This document shows, in pieces, positions 20,025-29,668 of a stretch of DNA of 64,000 nucleotides (position 1 is the first letter of the stretch; each line of letters begins with the position of its first letter). The position numbers and the translations under genes are program-made. Where the stretch lies: positions 4,425-68,424 of the forward strand of contig CAZLPU010000005.1 in NCBI GenBank assembly GCA_964561475.1. Direction: 5' to 3'. The notes below the pieces were generated by a model, which did not search any database, was not told the origin of the DNA, and saw nothing but the letters and a program-made list of their open reading frames with translations. This stretch comes from an uncultured Alphaproteobacteria bacterium (GTDB taxonomy: Bacteria; Pseudomonadota; Alphaproteobacteria; JAJFIK01).

Positions 20025-21824
20025 TCAGCGTACGGGCTGTGTCTCCTCATAGGCAGCCGGTCCCTGGTCCACCGGCGCATCCAGCTTGTGCAGGATGCGG
20101 GACACATCCGGATGATCCAGCAGTGCCTCGATTTTCTGCCCGGCCCGGATCGATGCGCCGGACGAACTCATCATGGCATCAAACAGCTCGAAAAAGGACG
20201 GCGGCGCCGGGTAGAGCTTGACGCGTAAATCCGCACCCTCTTCAAGGCCGAGTTTCTCCCGGACAACGTCCATCGCATGGCGGTAGCCGCCGGTGCTGTC
20301 GATCAGACCGCGCTCCAGGGCATCGGCACCGGACCAGATCCGCCCCTGGGCAAAGGCTTCCAGAGCGTCCGGATCCACGGTCTCACCGGTCGCGGCAGAG
20401 CGTCCGGCGGCGGCCTTGTCGACAAACTCCGTATAGATCGCATTCAGGGACCGATCCAGCCGCTGCCATTCGTCCTCGGAAAACCCGCGTTGGCTGGAAA
20501 AGAACAACGCACCGTCATTGGTGGGGATTTCCCCGAGATTGGCGCCGATCTTGTCGAAGAGACCCGCAGTGATGAACTTGCCGGTGATCACGCCGATCGA
20601 ACCGGTGATGGTCGCCGGATGGGCTGCGATGTGATCGGAGGACATGGAAATCCAGTACCCGCCCGACGCGGCGACACTGGACATGGACACCACCACCGGC
20701 TTGCCGGCCTCCCGGGCCTGGGCCACGGCGTAGCGCACCTGTTCGGAGGCCACTGCGGAGCCGCCGGGGCTGTCCACACGCAGCAGGATGGCCTTGACCT
20801 CAGCATTGGCCGCCGCGTCCGTAATGGCCTTGGCCAGGGAGTCGCCGCCGATCACATCACTGCCGCCGAAGGGGGAACTGTTGGACGACCGGCCTTCATT
20901 GATCGGCCCCACCGCATGGACAAGGGCCACCATGGTGCCGGACTTTTTCGGGCGCCGAGGCTCTTCCGCGTAAGTGTCGACACTGAGCATGGCCGCACCG
21001 GCCCCCGCCTCGGCGAGCAAGGCGGCCCGGACATTCTGGTGATAGTCGAACCGGTCCACAAGACCGGCGTCCAGGGCGTTCCGCGCCAGGATGGGCACGT
21101 CGTTGAAGACCCGCTGAAGGGATTGGACGGTGACGGACTTTCCTGCAGCGGAGCGGGCTGCTGCAATGTCCTCCAGCACGCCTCCATGGATCGAGGTGAT
21201 CAGGGCGGTGCGGGCCTCGCGCTGTTCATCGGTATAGTCATCATTGAGGAACGTGTTGGCCGCATTCTTATAGTCCTTGTAGCGGCCGAATTGGGCTTCG
21301 ACGCCAATCTCGTCCAGCAGTTCGCGCATGAACAGGCTGGAGGTCACCATGCCGGAGCTGAACAGCTGACCGCTCTCCTGCATCACCACCTCATCGGCGG
21401 CGGAGGCCACATAGACCGGGCCCAGCCCCGCCGTGAAGGAAGACTGCACATGGGCCACGACTTTCTTGCCTGTGGCTCGGAACCGGTCGATGGCTTCCCG
21501 CAATTCCTGGGCTTGTGCGACGGGCAGACCAATGCCGCCCACGCGCAGATAGAGCGATTTAACCCTTGGGTCCTGCTCGGCAATCTCCAGGGTACGGACG
21601 ACCCCCAGCAGGGAGTCGCCATCGATGCCTTGCTGATTGCTGTCGAAGGACACCCCATCGCGTTCCGGCAGACCTGAGCGCAGGTCAAGGGTCAGAACCA
21701 CTGACGGCGCCAGCGGCTTCACATTCGCCGCAATAATCCCGATTACGATCAGCGGTACAATGATGAATAGAATGATCAGGCCGCCAAGGATGCTTGCCAG
21801 GAGCTGTGAGAGAAATTTCAGCAT
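20025..21824 (-). CDS. sppA: Signal peptide peptidase SppA (protease IV), 67K type
   Basis: 599 aa with an N-terminal TM anchor and tandem ClpP/crotonase-like S49 domains. Length and motifs match the 67K SppA form. Confidence 0.85.
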   Translation of the reverse strand: MLKFLSQLLASILGGLIILFIIVPLIVIGIIAANVKPLAPSVVLTLDLRSGLPERDGVSFDSNQQGIDGDSLLGVVRTLEIAEQDPRVKSLYLRVGGIGLPVAQAQELREAIDRFRATGKKVVAHVQSSFTAGLGPVYVASAADEVVMQESGQLFSSGMVTSSLFMRELLDEIGVEAQFGRYKDYKNAANTFLNDDYTDEQREARTALITSIHGGVLEDIAAARSAAGKSVTVQSLQRVFNDVPILARNALDAGLVDRFDYHQNVRAALLAEAGAGAAMLSVDTYAEEPRRPKKSGTMVALVHAVGPINEGRSSNSSPFGGSDVIGGDSLAKAITDAAANAEVKAILLRVDSPGGSAVASEQVRYAVAQAREAGKPVVVSMSSVAASGGYWISMSSDHIAAHPATITGSIGVITGKFITAGLFDKIGANLGEIPTNDGALFFSSQRGFSEDEWQRLDRSLNAIYTEFVDKAAAGRSAATGETVDPDALEAFAQGRIWSGADALERGLIDSTGGYRHAMDVVREKLGLEEGADLRVKLYPAPPSFFELFDAMMSSSGASIRAGQKIEALLDHPDVSRILHKLDAPVDQGPAAYEETQPVR

Positions 21825-22042
21825 GTATCAGTTCCCCTTGGAGAGCCGGCCCCTCGGGAGCCGGTTCATGCGCGATCGGCTGGCGCGCGCGCCGATCACT
21901 TGTCACATTTGTGGATCACCAGACGGCAGGACCCATTCGCTACATTCTCGCCTTAATCCATGGCGACCAAGTGGCAGGATAACGGGCCAGAGCGCAGATC
22001 GTCCCCTGGTTTATGGCGGGCTCCATTCACGGAGGCTCCCAT

Positions 22043-23707
22043 TTATGGCAGCCAAAGCGTGAAAATCGTGCCGCCGTCCTGCCCCGGGGAAAGATCAATA
22101 CCCCCGCCATGGGCGGTCATGATCTGCTTGGTGAGGCTCAGCCCGACGCCGCTGCCTCCCTCTTTTGTCGTAAAGAACGGGACGAAGATCCGATCCGCCT
22201 GGTCTGCCGGCACCCCCGGACCGGTATCATGAATTTGAATATGGATCCCCCCGTTCGGACTTGAACCCGGATCGGTCAACGAACGTGACTCTGTGCGGGG
22301 AGATGAGCCACAGAATGAGCCAGGGAATGGGGTTGAGTGTGGGCTGGGACCGGCTGTGACAGAGAGTCCCCGCTCCCCTTCAGCCATGCCGGCCAGCGCT
22401 TCCGCCCCGTTGCGCAAGACATTGATCAGGGCCTGCTCCAGCAGGTCCGGATCGGCCCGGACCTCCAGGTCTTTGGGCTCCACCGTCAGCGCAAAGTCAA
22501 TGCCTGCCTCGGCAAAATCAGGACCCATGAGCCGTGCAATCCGGTTCAGCAGCGGGGCCAGGACAACGGTCTGATAGACCGGGGCGGGCATCCGGGTGAA
22601 TTTGCGGTAACTGTCGATGAAGTGCATCAGCCCGGCACTGCGCCGTTTGATGGCCTCCAGCCCGGTCCGAATTTCGGCGATGTCACTCTCCACCGGGGGC
22701 GCTTCCCCTTCTCCCTCGTGCCTGCTCGTCTCTTTGACCCGGTGCGCCAGGTCTTCCAGCATCCCATCGGCGGTCTCCGCCAGGGACGCGACCGGGGTGA
22801 GGGAATTCATCATCTCATGAGTCAGCACCCGGACAAGATCGTGCCAGGCGGTCAGTTCGGTGGCATCGAGTTCCCCCTGGATGTTTTCAACGGCCACCAG
22901 GCGCCGGATGGTCGGATCTTCTCCTGTCTCCGGTGCGCCGGTGCGGTCCACAATGTCCCTGACAGTCAGCTTGACCCGCCGCTCCACCCCATCCCGCAGC
23001 ATACGGACGACTTTTGCCTCGCCCGGTGCCATTCCGGTCAGGGCCGCGTGAAAGGCCTCGCCATAGGGGGCGTGTTTCAGCTTTGCGGACCCATGGCGAT
23101 TTTCGAAATCACCGGCGGGGTCTCCAGTGCCGTCCCCAGTGCCGTCCTCAGCATAGTCTCCAGGACGATCCGGGGCAGTCTCCTTGCCCCATGCCCCGTC
23201 CTTGAAGAGCCTGCGGGCCGCGTCGTTCAGGAGCACCGCCCGGCCATCGGCTTCCAGGGCCAGCAAGGCAACGGGGGCGTGTTCGATCAGCGTCCGGTCC
23301 GCCGCTGCCCGGGCCTCCGACGCAGCCCTGTCCCGGCGCAATCGCTCAAGACTGGCCTGAATCCGGGGCAGATCCGCCGCGAGCTTCCCGCCTGCGGCCA
23401 GATCTCCCGCGGCGACAGCCTCCAGGGTCAACACGGCCCCATCCGCTGCCTGGCGGACGCGTATACAAAGCAATGCAATCTGTATAAGGATGAGTGCGGC
23501 GGTCACCGCCATGGCCGCGAAGGCTTGGGTGTGGACCAGCAACACCACGAACACGATCGTGCTTGCCACAATCCCCCCCACCCGGAGACCGCACTCCAGG
23601 GACAAGGGATCAACACCCAGAAACCGCATGAGATCATGAGCCAGCCCCTTCACGCCGCCAACAGCCGGCCGGGAAGCGGATCCGGGCTCTGTCGCGCTAG
23701 AGGCCAT
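22043..23707 (-). CDS. Sensor histidine kinase (partner of the sigma54-type regulator)
   Basis: N-terminal TM segments, an H-box (LTHEMMNSLTPV) and a C-terminal HATPase_c (IHIQIHDTGPGVP...GGSGVGLSL). Its start overlaps the upstream regulator gene's stop by 11 bp. Confidence 0.8.
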   Translation of the reverse strand: MASSATEPGSASRPAVGGVKGLAHDLMRFLGVDPLSLECGLRVGGIVASTIVFVVLLVHTQAFAAMAVTAALILIQIALLCIRVRQAADGAVLTLEAVAAGDLAAGGKLAADLPRIQASLERLRRDRAASEARAAADRTLIEHAPVALLALEADGRAVLLNDAARRLFKDGAWGKETAPDRPGDYAEDGTGDGTGDPAGDFENRHGSAKLKHAPYGEAFHAALTGMAPGEAKVVRMLRDGVERRVKLTVRDIVDRTGAPETGEDPTIRRLVAVENIQGELDATELTAWHDLVRVLTHEMMNSLTPVASLAETADGMLEDLAHRVKETSRHEGEGEAPPVESDIAEIRTGLEAIKRRSAGLMHFIDSYRKFTRMPAPVYQTVVLAPLLNRIARLMGPDFAEAGIDFALTVEPKDLEVRADPDLLEQALINVLRNGAEALAGMAEGERGLSVTAGPSPHSTPFPGSFCGSSPRTESRSLTDPGSSPNGGIHIQIHDTGPGVPADQADRIFVPFFTTKEGGSGVGLSLTKQIMTAHGGGIDLSPGQDGGTIFTLWLP

Positions 23708-25148
23708 ATTTTTCCATACGCCGGTAAAGGGACGCGCGGGTGAGACCTAGGTCCCGGGCCGTTCGCGACACGTTGCCACCATTCTTTTTCAGGGCCTGCT
23801 GGACTGCGGTGCGTTCCATGGCATCGAGGCGCACAGTGATCTCGGGATCCGGCATGGAAGCCAGGGGAGACCGGGGTCCAGGCGCTTGTCCGTCCCGTCT
23901 CTCAAAAGGAAAATCCTCAGGCTCCAGACGCACGCCTTCGTTCAGGATGACCGCCCGTTCCACCGCATGGCGCAGTTCACGGACATTGCCGGGCCAGTCA
24001 TGGGCCATCAGATGGTTGATGGCCCTGGGGCTCAGACCTTCCGTAGGCCGCTTATAGCTGTGGGCAAAAGCCTTTCGGAAATGATCCGCCAACAGGGGAA
24101 TGTCTTCCCGGCGCTCCCGCAGGGCCGGCAGGCGGATCTCGACGGTATTGATGCGGTACAGCAGGTCCTGGCGGAACCGAGCCTCGTCATGGAGTTCGGC
24201 GGAAGAGGCGTTGGTCGCGCTGAGCAGCCGGACCGTCATGGGGATCGCCGAGTCCGCGCCGACCGGGCGCACCTCCCGGCGTTCGATGACACTGAGCAGC
24301 TTGGCCTGGAGATGAAGGGGCACATTGGCGATTTCATCCAGAAACAGGGTGCCCCCATTGGCGGCCTGGAACCGTCCCGTCCGGTCCTCCTTGGCGCCCG
24401 TGAAAGCGCCCTTCCGGTGACCGAACAGCTCGCTTTCAAAAAGGGTCTCGGGCACCTCGCCCAGATCGACGGGGACGAATGGCGCATCCTTGAGATGGGA
24501 GCGGGCATGGATTTCCCGGGCCACCAGTTCCTTGCCCGTGCCGTTCTCTCCCAGGATCAGCACATTGGCCTGGGTGGGCGCGGCCCGTTCGATCAGTTCC
24601 CAGACCCGGTCCATGGCCGGGCTGGTACCGATCATGGCCCCCCGGGTCCGTTCAGCCACCGCCCTGGATTTGGCGGCAGGGGGCGGTGAAACCGGTGCCG
24701 GATCAGATTTGGTTGGATCGGGTTTGGTTGGATGAGCTTGAAGCGGCGCCGGCCCGGTGTCAGAGCGTTCCAGGGCCCCGGATACAGCCGCGAGCAGCTT
24801 TTCATTCTCCCAGGGCTTGACCACGAAATCCGCCGCCCCCCGGCGCATGGCCTCCACAGCAATCTCCACATCCCCATACGCCGTGATGAGAATGACCGGG
24901 GTTCCAGGGGCCGTGGCCAGGATCCGGTCGAGCCAGTGCAGCCCCTCCTCGCCGCTCGCGGCCCCGATGGCATAGTTCATATCGAGAAGCACCGCGTCAT
25001 AGGCCCGGTCCTCCAGGAGACCGGGAATCTGAGCAGGGTCGCTTTCAGTCCGGATGACGGGGTAATGACGCTTGAGCAGGAGCCGCAGGGCCGTCAACAC
25101 GTCATGGTCGTCGTCAATCACCAATATGCGGCCAGATCCGCCGCCCAT
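23697..25148 (-). CDS. Sigma-54-dependent response regulator (NtrC/Fis family: REC + AAA+ sigma54-activator + Fis HTH)
   Basis: GGGAGG Shine-Dalgarno 5 nt upstream of the MGGGSGRILVIDDD start. Receiver with DDD...D...K. AAA+ motifs GENGTGKE, GAFTGA and ESELFGH (GAFTGA loop). C-terminal Fis-type HTH. Confidence 0.85.
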   Translation of the reverse strand: MGGGSGRILVIDDDHDVLTALRLLLKRHYPVIRTESDPAQIPGLLEDRAYDAVLLDMNYAIGAASGEEGLHWLDRILATAPGTPVILITAYGDVEIAVEAMRRGAADFVVKPWENEKLLAAVSGALERSDTGPAPLQAHPTKPDPTKSDPAPVSPPPAAKSRAVAERTRGAMIGTSPAMDRVWELIERAAPTQANVLILGENGTGKELVAREIHARSHLKDAPFVPVDLGEVPETLFESELFGHRKGAFTGAKEDRTGRFQAANGGTLFLDEIANVPLHLQAKLLSVIERREVRPVGADSAIPMTVRLLSATNASSAELHDEARFRQDLLYRINTVEIRLPALRERREDIPLLADHFRKAFAHSYKRPTEGLSPRAINHLMAHDWPGNVRELRHAVERAVILNEGVRLEPEDFPFERRDGQAPGPRSPLASMPDPEITVRLDAMERTAVQQALKKNGGNVSRTARDLGLTRASLYRRMEKYGL

Positions 25149-25325
25149 ATCTGCCTCCCGTACCTGCCAGCCCCGTTCGGTTCCGGACATCTTACTGTCC
25201 GGATGCGGACACCGGACACCCCCAGTTTATCCGCTCGCAACCCCTTTGAGGTCTGGTCATCCCTGGAAAGGCCGCCCGTCCCCGGGTACCTTCCTATCCT
25301 CTCGTAGCAAGCATAGGGCCGAAGG

Positions 25326-26156
25326 GTGGACACCACACAGCACCAGTCAGCGGGTTCCGGCGCTGATGACTCCGGCACTGGAGAAACCGGCACCGAGAAA
25401 ACTGGCACTGGGGAAACTGGCGCTGGGGAAACTGGCACTGGAAAAACTGGCGCCGGGGACAAGACACCGCTCGTGGCGATGGCGGGGATCGGCAAGGCCT
25501 TCGGCCGGGGCGCCGGAGCCGCCATTGCCCTTGATGGTATCGACCTGGAGCTTGATTGCGGGGAATTCGTTGCCGTGATGGGTCCCTCAGGCTGTGGGAA
25601 ATCCACCCTTTTAAGCCTGATCGGCCTGCTCGATGCCCCCACCAGCGGCATGTACCGGTTTGCGGGCAAAGACATCACCGGCCTGGGCGAGAACGGCCGG
25701 GCCCACCTGCGCCGGGGCCGGATCGGCTTTGTCTTCCAGAGCTTCAACCTGATCAGCGACCTCACGGTGGCTGAAAATGTCGGTGTCGCCGTGCGTTATC
25801 TGGGCCTGGGTCCGACCCGGCGCCAATCGCTGGTCGATGACGCCCTGGAACGCCTGGGCCTGACCCATCGCCGCAATGACCGTCCCCATCAACTCTCCGG
25901 CGGCCAGCAGCAACGGGTGGCCATCGCCCGCGCCATCGCCGCCAAGCCTGACCTGATCCTGGCGGACGAACCCACAGGCAATCTGGACAGCCGCAATGGC
26001 GACGCCGTGATGGAAATGCTGCTCGATCTCCACGGCGAGGGCACGACGGTGGTCATGGCAACCCATAACGAAGCCCACGCCGAGGCGGCCTCAAGGGTGG
26101 TGCACCTGTCGGACGGCAAAGTGGCCAGCCAGACCGTGCACCGGCAAGCCTCGTAA
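25326..26156 (+). CDS. ABC transporter ATP-binding protein (MacB/LolD-type) with N-terminal (TGETGx)5 repeat extension
   Basis: Walker A GPSGCGKST, signature LSGGQQQRVAIARA, Walker B LILADEPTGNLD. A ~55-aa low-complexity N-terminal extension is encoded by 18-bp tandem repeats. GTG start as in the ORF track. Confidence 0.75.
   Translation: MDTTQHQSAGSGADDSGTGETGTEKTGTGETGAGETGTGKTGAGDKTPLVAMAGIGKAFGRGAGAAIALDGIDLELDCGEFVAVMGPSGCGKSTLLSLIGLLDAPTSGMYRFAGKDITGLGENGRAHLRRGRIGFVFQSFNLISDLTVAENVGVAVRYLGLGPTRRQSLVDDALERLGLTHRRNDRPHQLSGGQQQRVAIARAIAAKPDLILADEPTGNLDSRNGDAVMEMLLDLHGEGTTVVMATHNEAHAEAASRVVHLSDGKVASQTVHRQAS
25372..25458 (+). repeat. 18-bp in-frame tandem repeat (actggcactggggaaact-like) x~5 encoding TG(E/K)TG(T/A)
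   Basis: Read directly from the sequence; periodic 18-bp units with few substitutions. Confidence 0.8.
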
Positions 26157-26185
26157 AGGTGCCATGATAAGGACTCCGAACGCTG

Positions 26186-28747
26186 ATGGGTGCTCACTCC
26201 GCCACCACCGTCAATGCTGCGTCCATGACAGCCAACGCCGTCTGGATGATCTGGCGGCTCGTCCGCCGTCCGGACCTGACCACGGCACTGACCCTGGCCG
26301 GGCTCGCCGCCTGCCTCTGTGCTGCGATGGTGATCGGGATCTTCGTGGCGCATAAGTTCAGTTATGACCGGCATTTCCCGGGCTACGAGGACATCTACCG
26401 GATCTCCGTGACCTACCGGCTGCCCGGGCGCGACCCCATCCACCTGGCCAGTGCGCCCGCCGTCGCCGCACCGGTCCTGGAACGCCATGTGGAAGACATC
26501 AGTCATGTCAGCCGCGTGATCTATCAGCGCGAAACACTGTTTCCGGACCAACGCAAATTGGGCCTGACGCAGGATCGCAACCACAAGACAGCGCCCGCCG
26601 CCATGGGCGTGGCCTATGTCGACCCTGGTTTTCTGGATATTTTCGTGCTGCCCTTTGTGGAAGGCACCCGAGAAAGCGCACTGAACACCAGCGACAGCCT
26701 GGTGCTGACCCGGTCCAAGGCCGCTCTCCTGTTCGGCGATGCGCCCGCCCTGGGTCAGAATGTTCAGGTGGCCGGAGATCCGAACCGGGACGACTTTGAC
26801 GGCCCCCACACCATGACCGTGACCGGTGTGGTGGAGGACCTCCCCTCCACCAGCCATTTCAGCCTTGCAGCCCTGGCCCTCATCACCGCGCCGGCCAATG
26901 ACTGGCCCGACCGTCTTTACGAAGCCTGGGGTACCGCGTCCGCCAGAACCTATGTCCGCACACGTCCGGGTATCGGGGTTCAGGCCCTCCAGGACCGGCT
27001 TGTGGCCTGGCGGGATGCCCATGTGCCTGCCTTCACTCTCGACAACCAGTCCTATCCCGCGCCCTCCTATGTGGACTATCTGGCCCAGCCGGTGGCGGAT
27101 ATCGCCGTCACGCCGGGCCGGAAGGGAGAAATCAATCCCCCCGTCAGCCGCACGCTTTTGTTGAGCCTGCTTGGCGTGTGCGGTGTGCTTGTGGTGATGG
27201 CCGCCTTGAACACCGCCCACCTGATGACCGCCCGGACGGGGGCACGGGCCCAGGATATCGCCATGCGCAAGGCGGCAGGGGCAGACCGGGGCGCTGTGTT
27301 CGGTCTGGTGATTGGCGAGGGGCTGATCCTGGCGGCCATCGCACTGGTGCTGGCCCTGGCGGGCGCGGAACTGCTCCTGCCCGTGATCAATGCCGGTACC
27401 GGCCTCACCCTCGCAATGCCCTATGCCACCAACCCGGTCCTGTTGCTGATTTTTGCCGGTGCCGCCCTTTTTGCAGGAGCCCTGGGTGCGGCCCCCCCGG
27501 CCCTGATGCTCGCGGGCCTCTCACCGGCCCGGATCCTCAAGGGTGCGAACCCCCATCTGACCGGGCCCGTCCACAACGGCACTGACCGTCTCCGCACCCT
27601 CCTGGTCGCCCTCCAGTTTGCACCGGCCATTGCCCTGGCCATGTGGGCCTGTATCGCCGCCGCCCAGTCGCTTCACGCCTGGCACTTCGACACGGGCTGG
27701 GAGCGCAGGGGCGTGGCGGTCCTTTCGGGCCTGGCCCACGGACAGGCGAGGCCCCGCATCCCGGACCTGCGGGCCGCCCTGGAAGCCCACCCTTCCGTGG
27801 AAGGAACCGCCCTTTCCCTGACCGTGCCCACCGGCCAGTGGGAAGGCAACCAGTTCCTTCAGCGTCTTGATGATCCGGACACGCCGCCACACCTCGTGCG
27901 CCAGTACCTGACTGGTCCCGGCTTTTTCGGCCTGTACCGCATTCCCTTCCTGGCCGGTCAGGACCTGAGCAGCCCCTCCGTCGATATGGGGAAACTGGAG
28001 GATGCGGAACTGGTCATCAACGAAAGCGCCCTGACCCTGCTTGGCTACCGGAATGCCGAGGAGGCCCTTGGCTCTGCCCTGCGCATTGGGACCCGCACGA
28101 ATGATGAAGCCTCCCAGGGCCGGATCATCGGGGTTGTGGCGGATTTCCACCCCATGTCCGTCCATGAGCCGGTGCTGCCGGCGGTGTTTCTTTATGATCC
28201 GGAACCTCTGTGGGATTTATCCATCCGCTTCGACCCTGACAAAAGCCGGAACATTCTCGCCGCCCTGGAAACGATCTGGCGGGATCACCTGCCTGCCCAG
28301 CCCTTCAGAGGGGCTTTGCTGGAGGACCGGTTTGCGGAACTGCACCAGGAAGAAACCCGGCTTGGCCTGATCCTGGGGGGATGCGCCCTGCTGGCCATGG
28401 GTGTGGCCTGCCTGGGTCTTGTCGGTCTGGCCAGCGCCACCGTTGCGCGCCGGAGAACCGAAATTGCCCTGCGCAAAGCCCTGGGCGCGCGGCCCAAAGA
28501 CATCCTCGCCATGCTGTTATGGCAGATTTCCAAACCGGTCCTGGCGGCCGGGGTCCTGGGTGGTGCGGTCGCCTATCCCTTTGCTCAAGACTGGCTCGCG
28601 GGCTTTGCCCATCCGGTCAGTTTGACGCCTGTGCATTTCCTGCTGCCCCTGGTGCTGGCCCTGGTGCTCGCCTGGCTGACAACAGCCGCCCATGCCCTCC
28701 AAGTGGCCCGCAAGCCCCCTGCCCCGGACCTGCGCCACAGTCTCTGA
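26186..28747 (+). CDS. ABC transporter permease with duplicated FtsX/MacB-type domains
   Basis: 853 aa. Two large periplasmic loops, each followed by four-helix FtsX-like bundles. Immediately downstream of the ATPase. Confidence 0.8.
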   Translation: MGAHSATTVNAASMTANAVWMIWRLVRRPDLTTALTLAGLAACLCAAMVIGIFVAHKFSYDRHFPGYEDIYRISVTYRLPGRDPIHLASAPAVAAPVLERHVEDISHVSRVIYQRETLFPDQRKLGLTQDRNHKTAPAAMGVAYVDPGFLDIFVLPFVEGTRESALNTSDSLVLTRSKAALLFGDAPALGQNVQVAGDPNRDDFDGPHTMTVTGVVEDLPSTSHFSLAALALITAPANDWPDRLYEAWGTASARTYVRTRPGIGVQALQDRLVAWRDAHVPAFTLDNQSYPAPSYVDYLAQPVADIAVTPGRKGEINPPVSRTLLLSLLGVCGVLVVMAALNTAHLMTARTGARAQDIAMRKAAGADRGAVFGLVIGEGLILAAIALVLALAGAELLLPVINAGTGLTLAMPYATNPVLLLIFAGAALFAGALGAAPPALMLAGLSPARILKGANPHLTGPVHNGTDRLRTLLVALQFAPAIALAMWACIAAAQSLHAWHFDTGWERRGVAVLSGLAHGQARPRIPDLRAALEAHPSVEGTALSLTVPTGQWEGNQFLQRLDDPDTPPHLVRQYLTGPGFFGLYRIPFLAGQDLSSPSVDMGKLEDAELVINESALTLLGYRNAEEALGSALRIGTRTNDEASQGRIIGVVADFHPMSVHEPVLPAVFLYDPEPLWDLSIRFDPDKSRNILAALETIWRDHLPAQPFRGALLEDRFAELHQEETRLGLILGGCALLAMGVACLGLVGLASATVARRRTEIALRKALGARPKDILAMLLWQISKPVLAAGVLGGAVAYPFAQDWLAGFAHPVSLTPVHFLLPLVLALVLAWLTTAAHALQVARKPPAPDLRHSL

Positions 28748-28876
28748 AGCGCATTCAGGCTCTCCCGCGCGAAGCCACTTGCTCCCGTGGGGCAGGCCCA
28801 CAAGAAAGCCGGCCGCCCCGAAGGACAGCCGGCCCAAAACACACACCCAGCATGCGGCGCATACTGAGGTGGCAGA

Positions 28877-29668
28877 TTACTGAACCCGGGGAGCGTTCGG
28901 CGGGAACGGTGCGCCCAGAATGGTCTGGCGCCGCTGGGACAGGGTCTGCCAGTTGGAAAGAGAGCTCAGGTGCATGTAGATGAACGGCAGTGCGCCGGAC
29001 TTCTTCAGCAGGATGAAGGCTTCATCCTTCAGCTCATTGAACTTCTTCTCTTCGATGGCGAGATAAGTCCCCACCACATGCTGGTCACCGTTCTGGTCCT
29101 TCATGGTGACCTGCTGGCTGGCAAACAGATCCAGTTCCTTGATGATGGTTCCGAACTTCTGGGTCGCCAGGTGATGCTGGTGGAAGGTCTTGCAGAACTC
29201 CAGTGCCTTGTTGCCGGTATCCGTGAGCTGATCACCGTCAAAGAAGGCAAAGTCCGGCTGATCGCCGACCAGGGAGGAATCCCGGTCGATGCACAGGGTC
29301 AGCTGGGATTGATCCTGGTTCTGACCGAAAATGAAGGGATAGCGGCGGATATAGGCGGGAACATAGGCGTTTTCGAGCCACTTGCCGTCCGCATCAACGA
29401 AAAGGTTTTCCTTTTCCTGCATGCCCAGAACGGCAACGGGCATCGGCGTTTCCGTACCTGCAAAGACAATCGGATAGCTCTTCAGGGCGAAATTGAACTC
29501 GATGGTGTTCAGGGGCACGGCGTGGGCGTCCCGGGCGAACATCAGGGGCTTGTCCGCGCGCTTGAGACCCAGGGCACCGTGAAGGCTTGGGGTCAGCGGC
29601 TCGACCTTTTTGTAGAGAATGGCTTGGTTTGCTGCCGCGTCCGTGGCGGCTTGAGTGGCGTCGGTCAT
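28877..29668 (-). CDS. SapC family protein
   Basis: 263 aa. The region PLNTIEFNFALKSYPIVFAG....YVPAYIRRYPFIF matches the SapC (PF07277) family. Confidence 0.7.
   Translation of the reverse strand: MTDATQAATDAAANQAILYKKVEPLTPSLHGALGLKRADKPLMFARDAHAVPLNTIEFNFALKSYPIVFAGTETPMPVAVLGMQEKENLFVDADGKWLENAYVPAYIRRYPFIFGQNQDQSQLTLCIDRDSSLVGDQPDFAFFDGDQLTDTGNKALEFCKTFHQHHLATQKFGTIIKELDLFASQQVTMKDQNGDQHVVGTYLAIEEKKFNELKDEAFILLKKSGALPFIYMHLSSLSNWQTLSQRRQTILGAPFPPNAPRVQ

Noticed and set aside
20277-21677. 466-aa + strand ORF antisense to sppA; also 22337-23743 antisense to the histidine kinase, 25889-27220 antisense to the FtsX permease, 18573-19790 antisense to the S9 peptidase, 61514-62896 antisense to the IMPDH-like gene
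   Set aside because: All are high-GC shadow frames opposite genes with clear family signatures.
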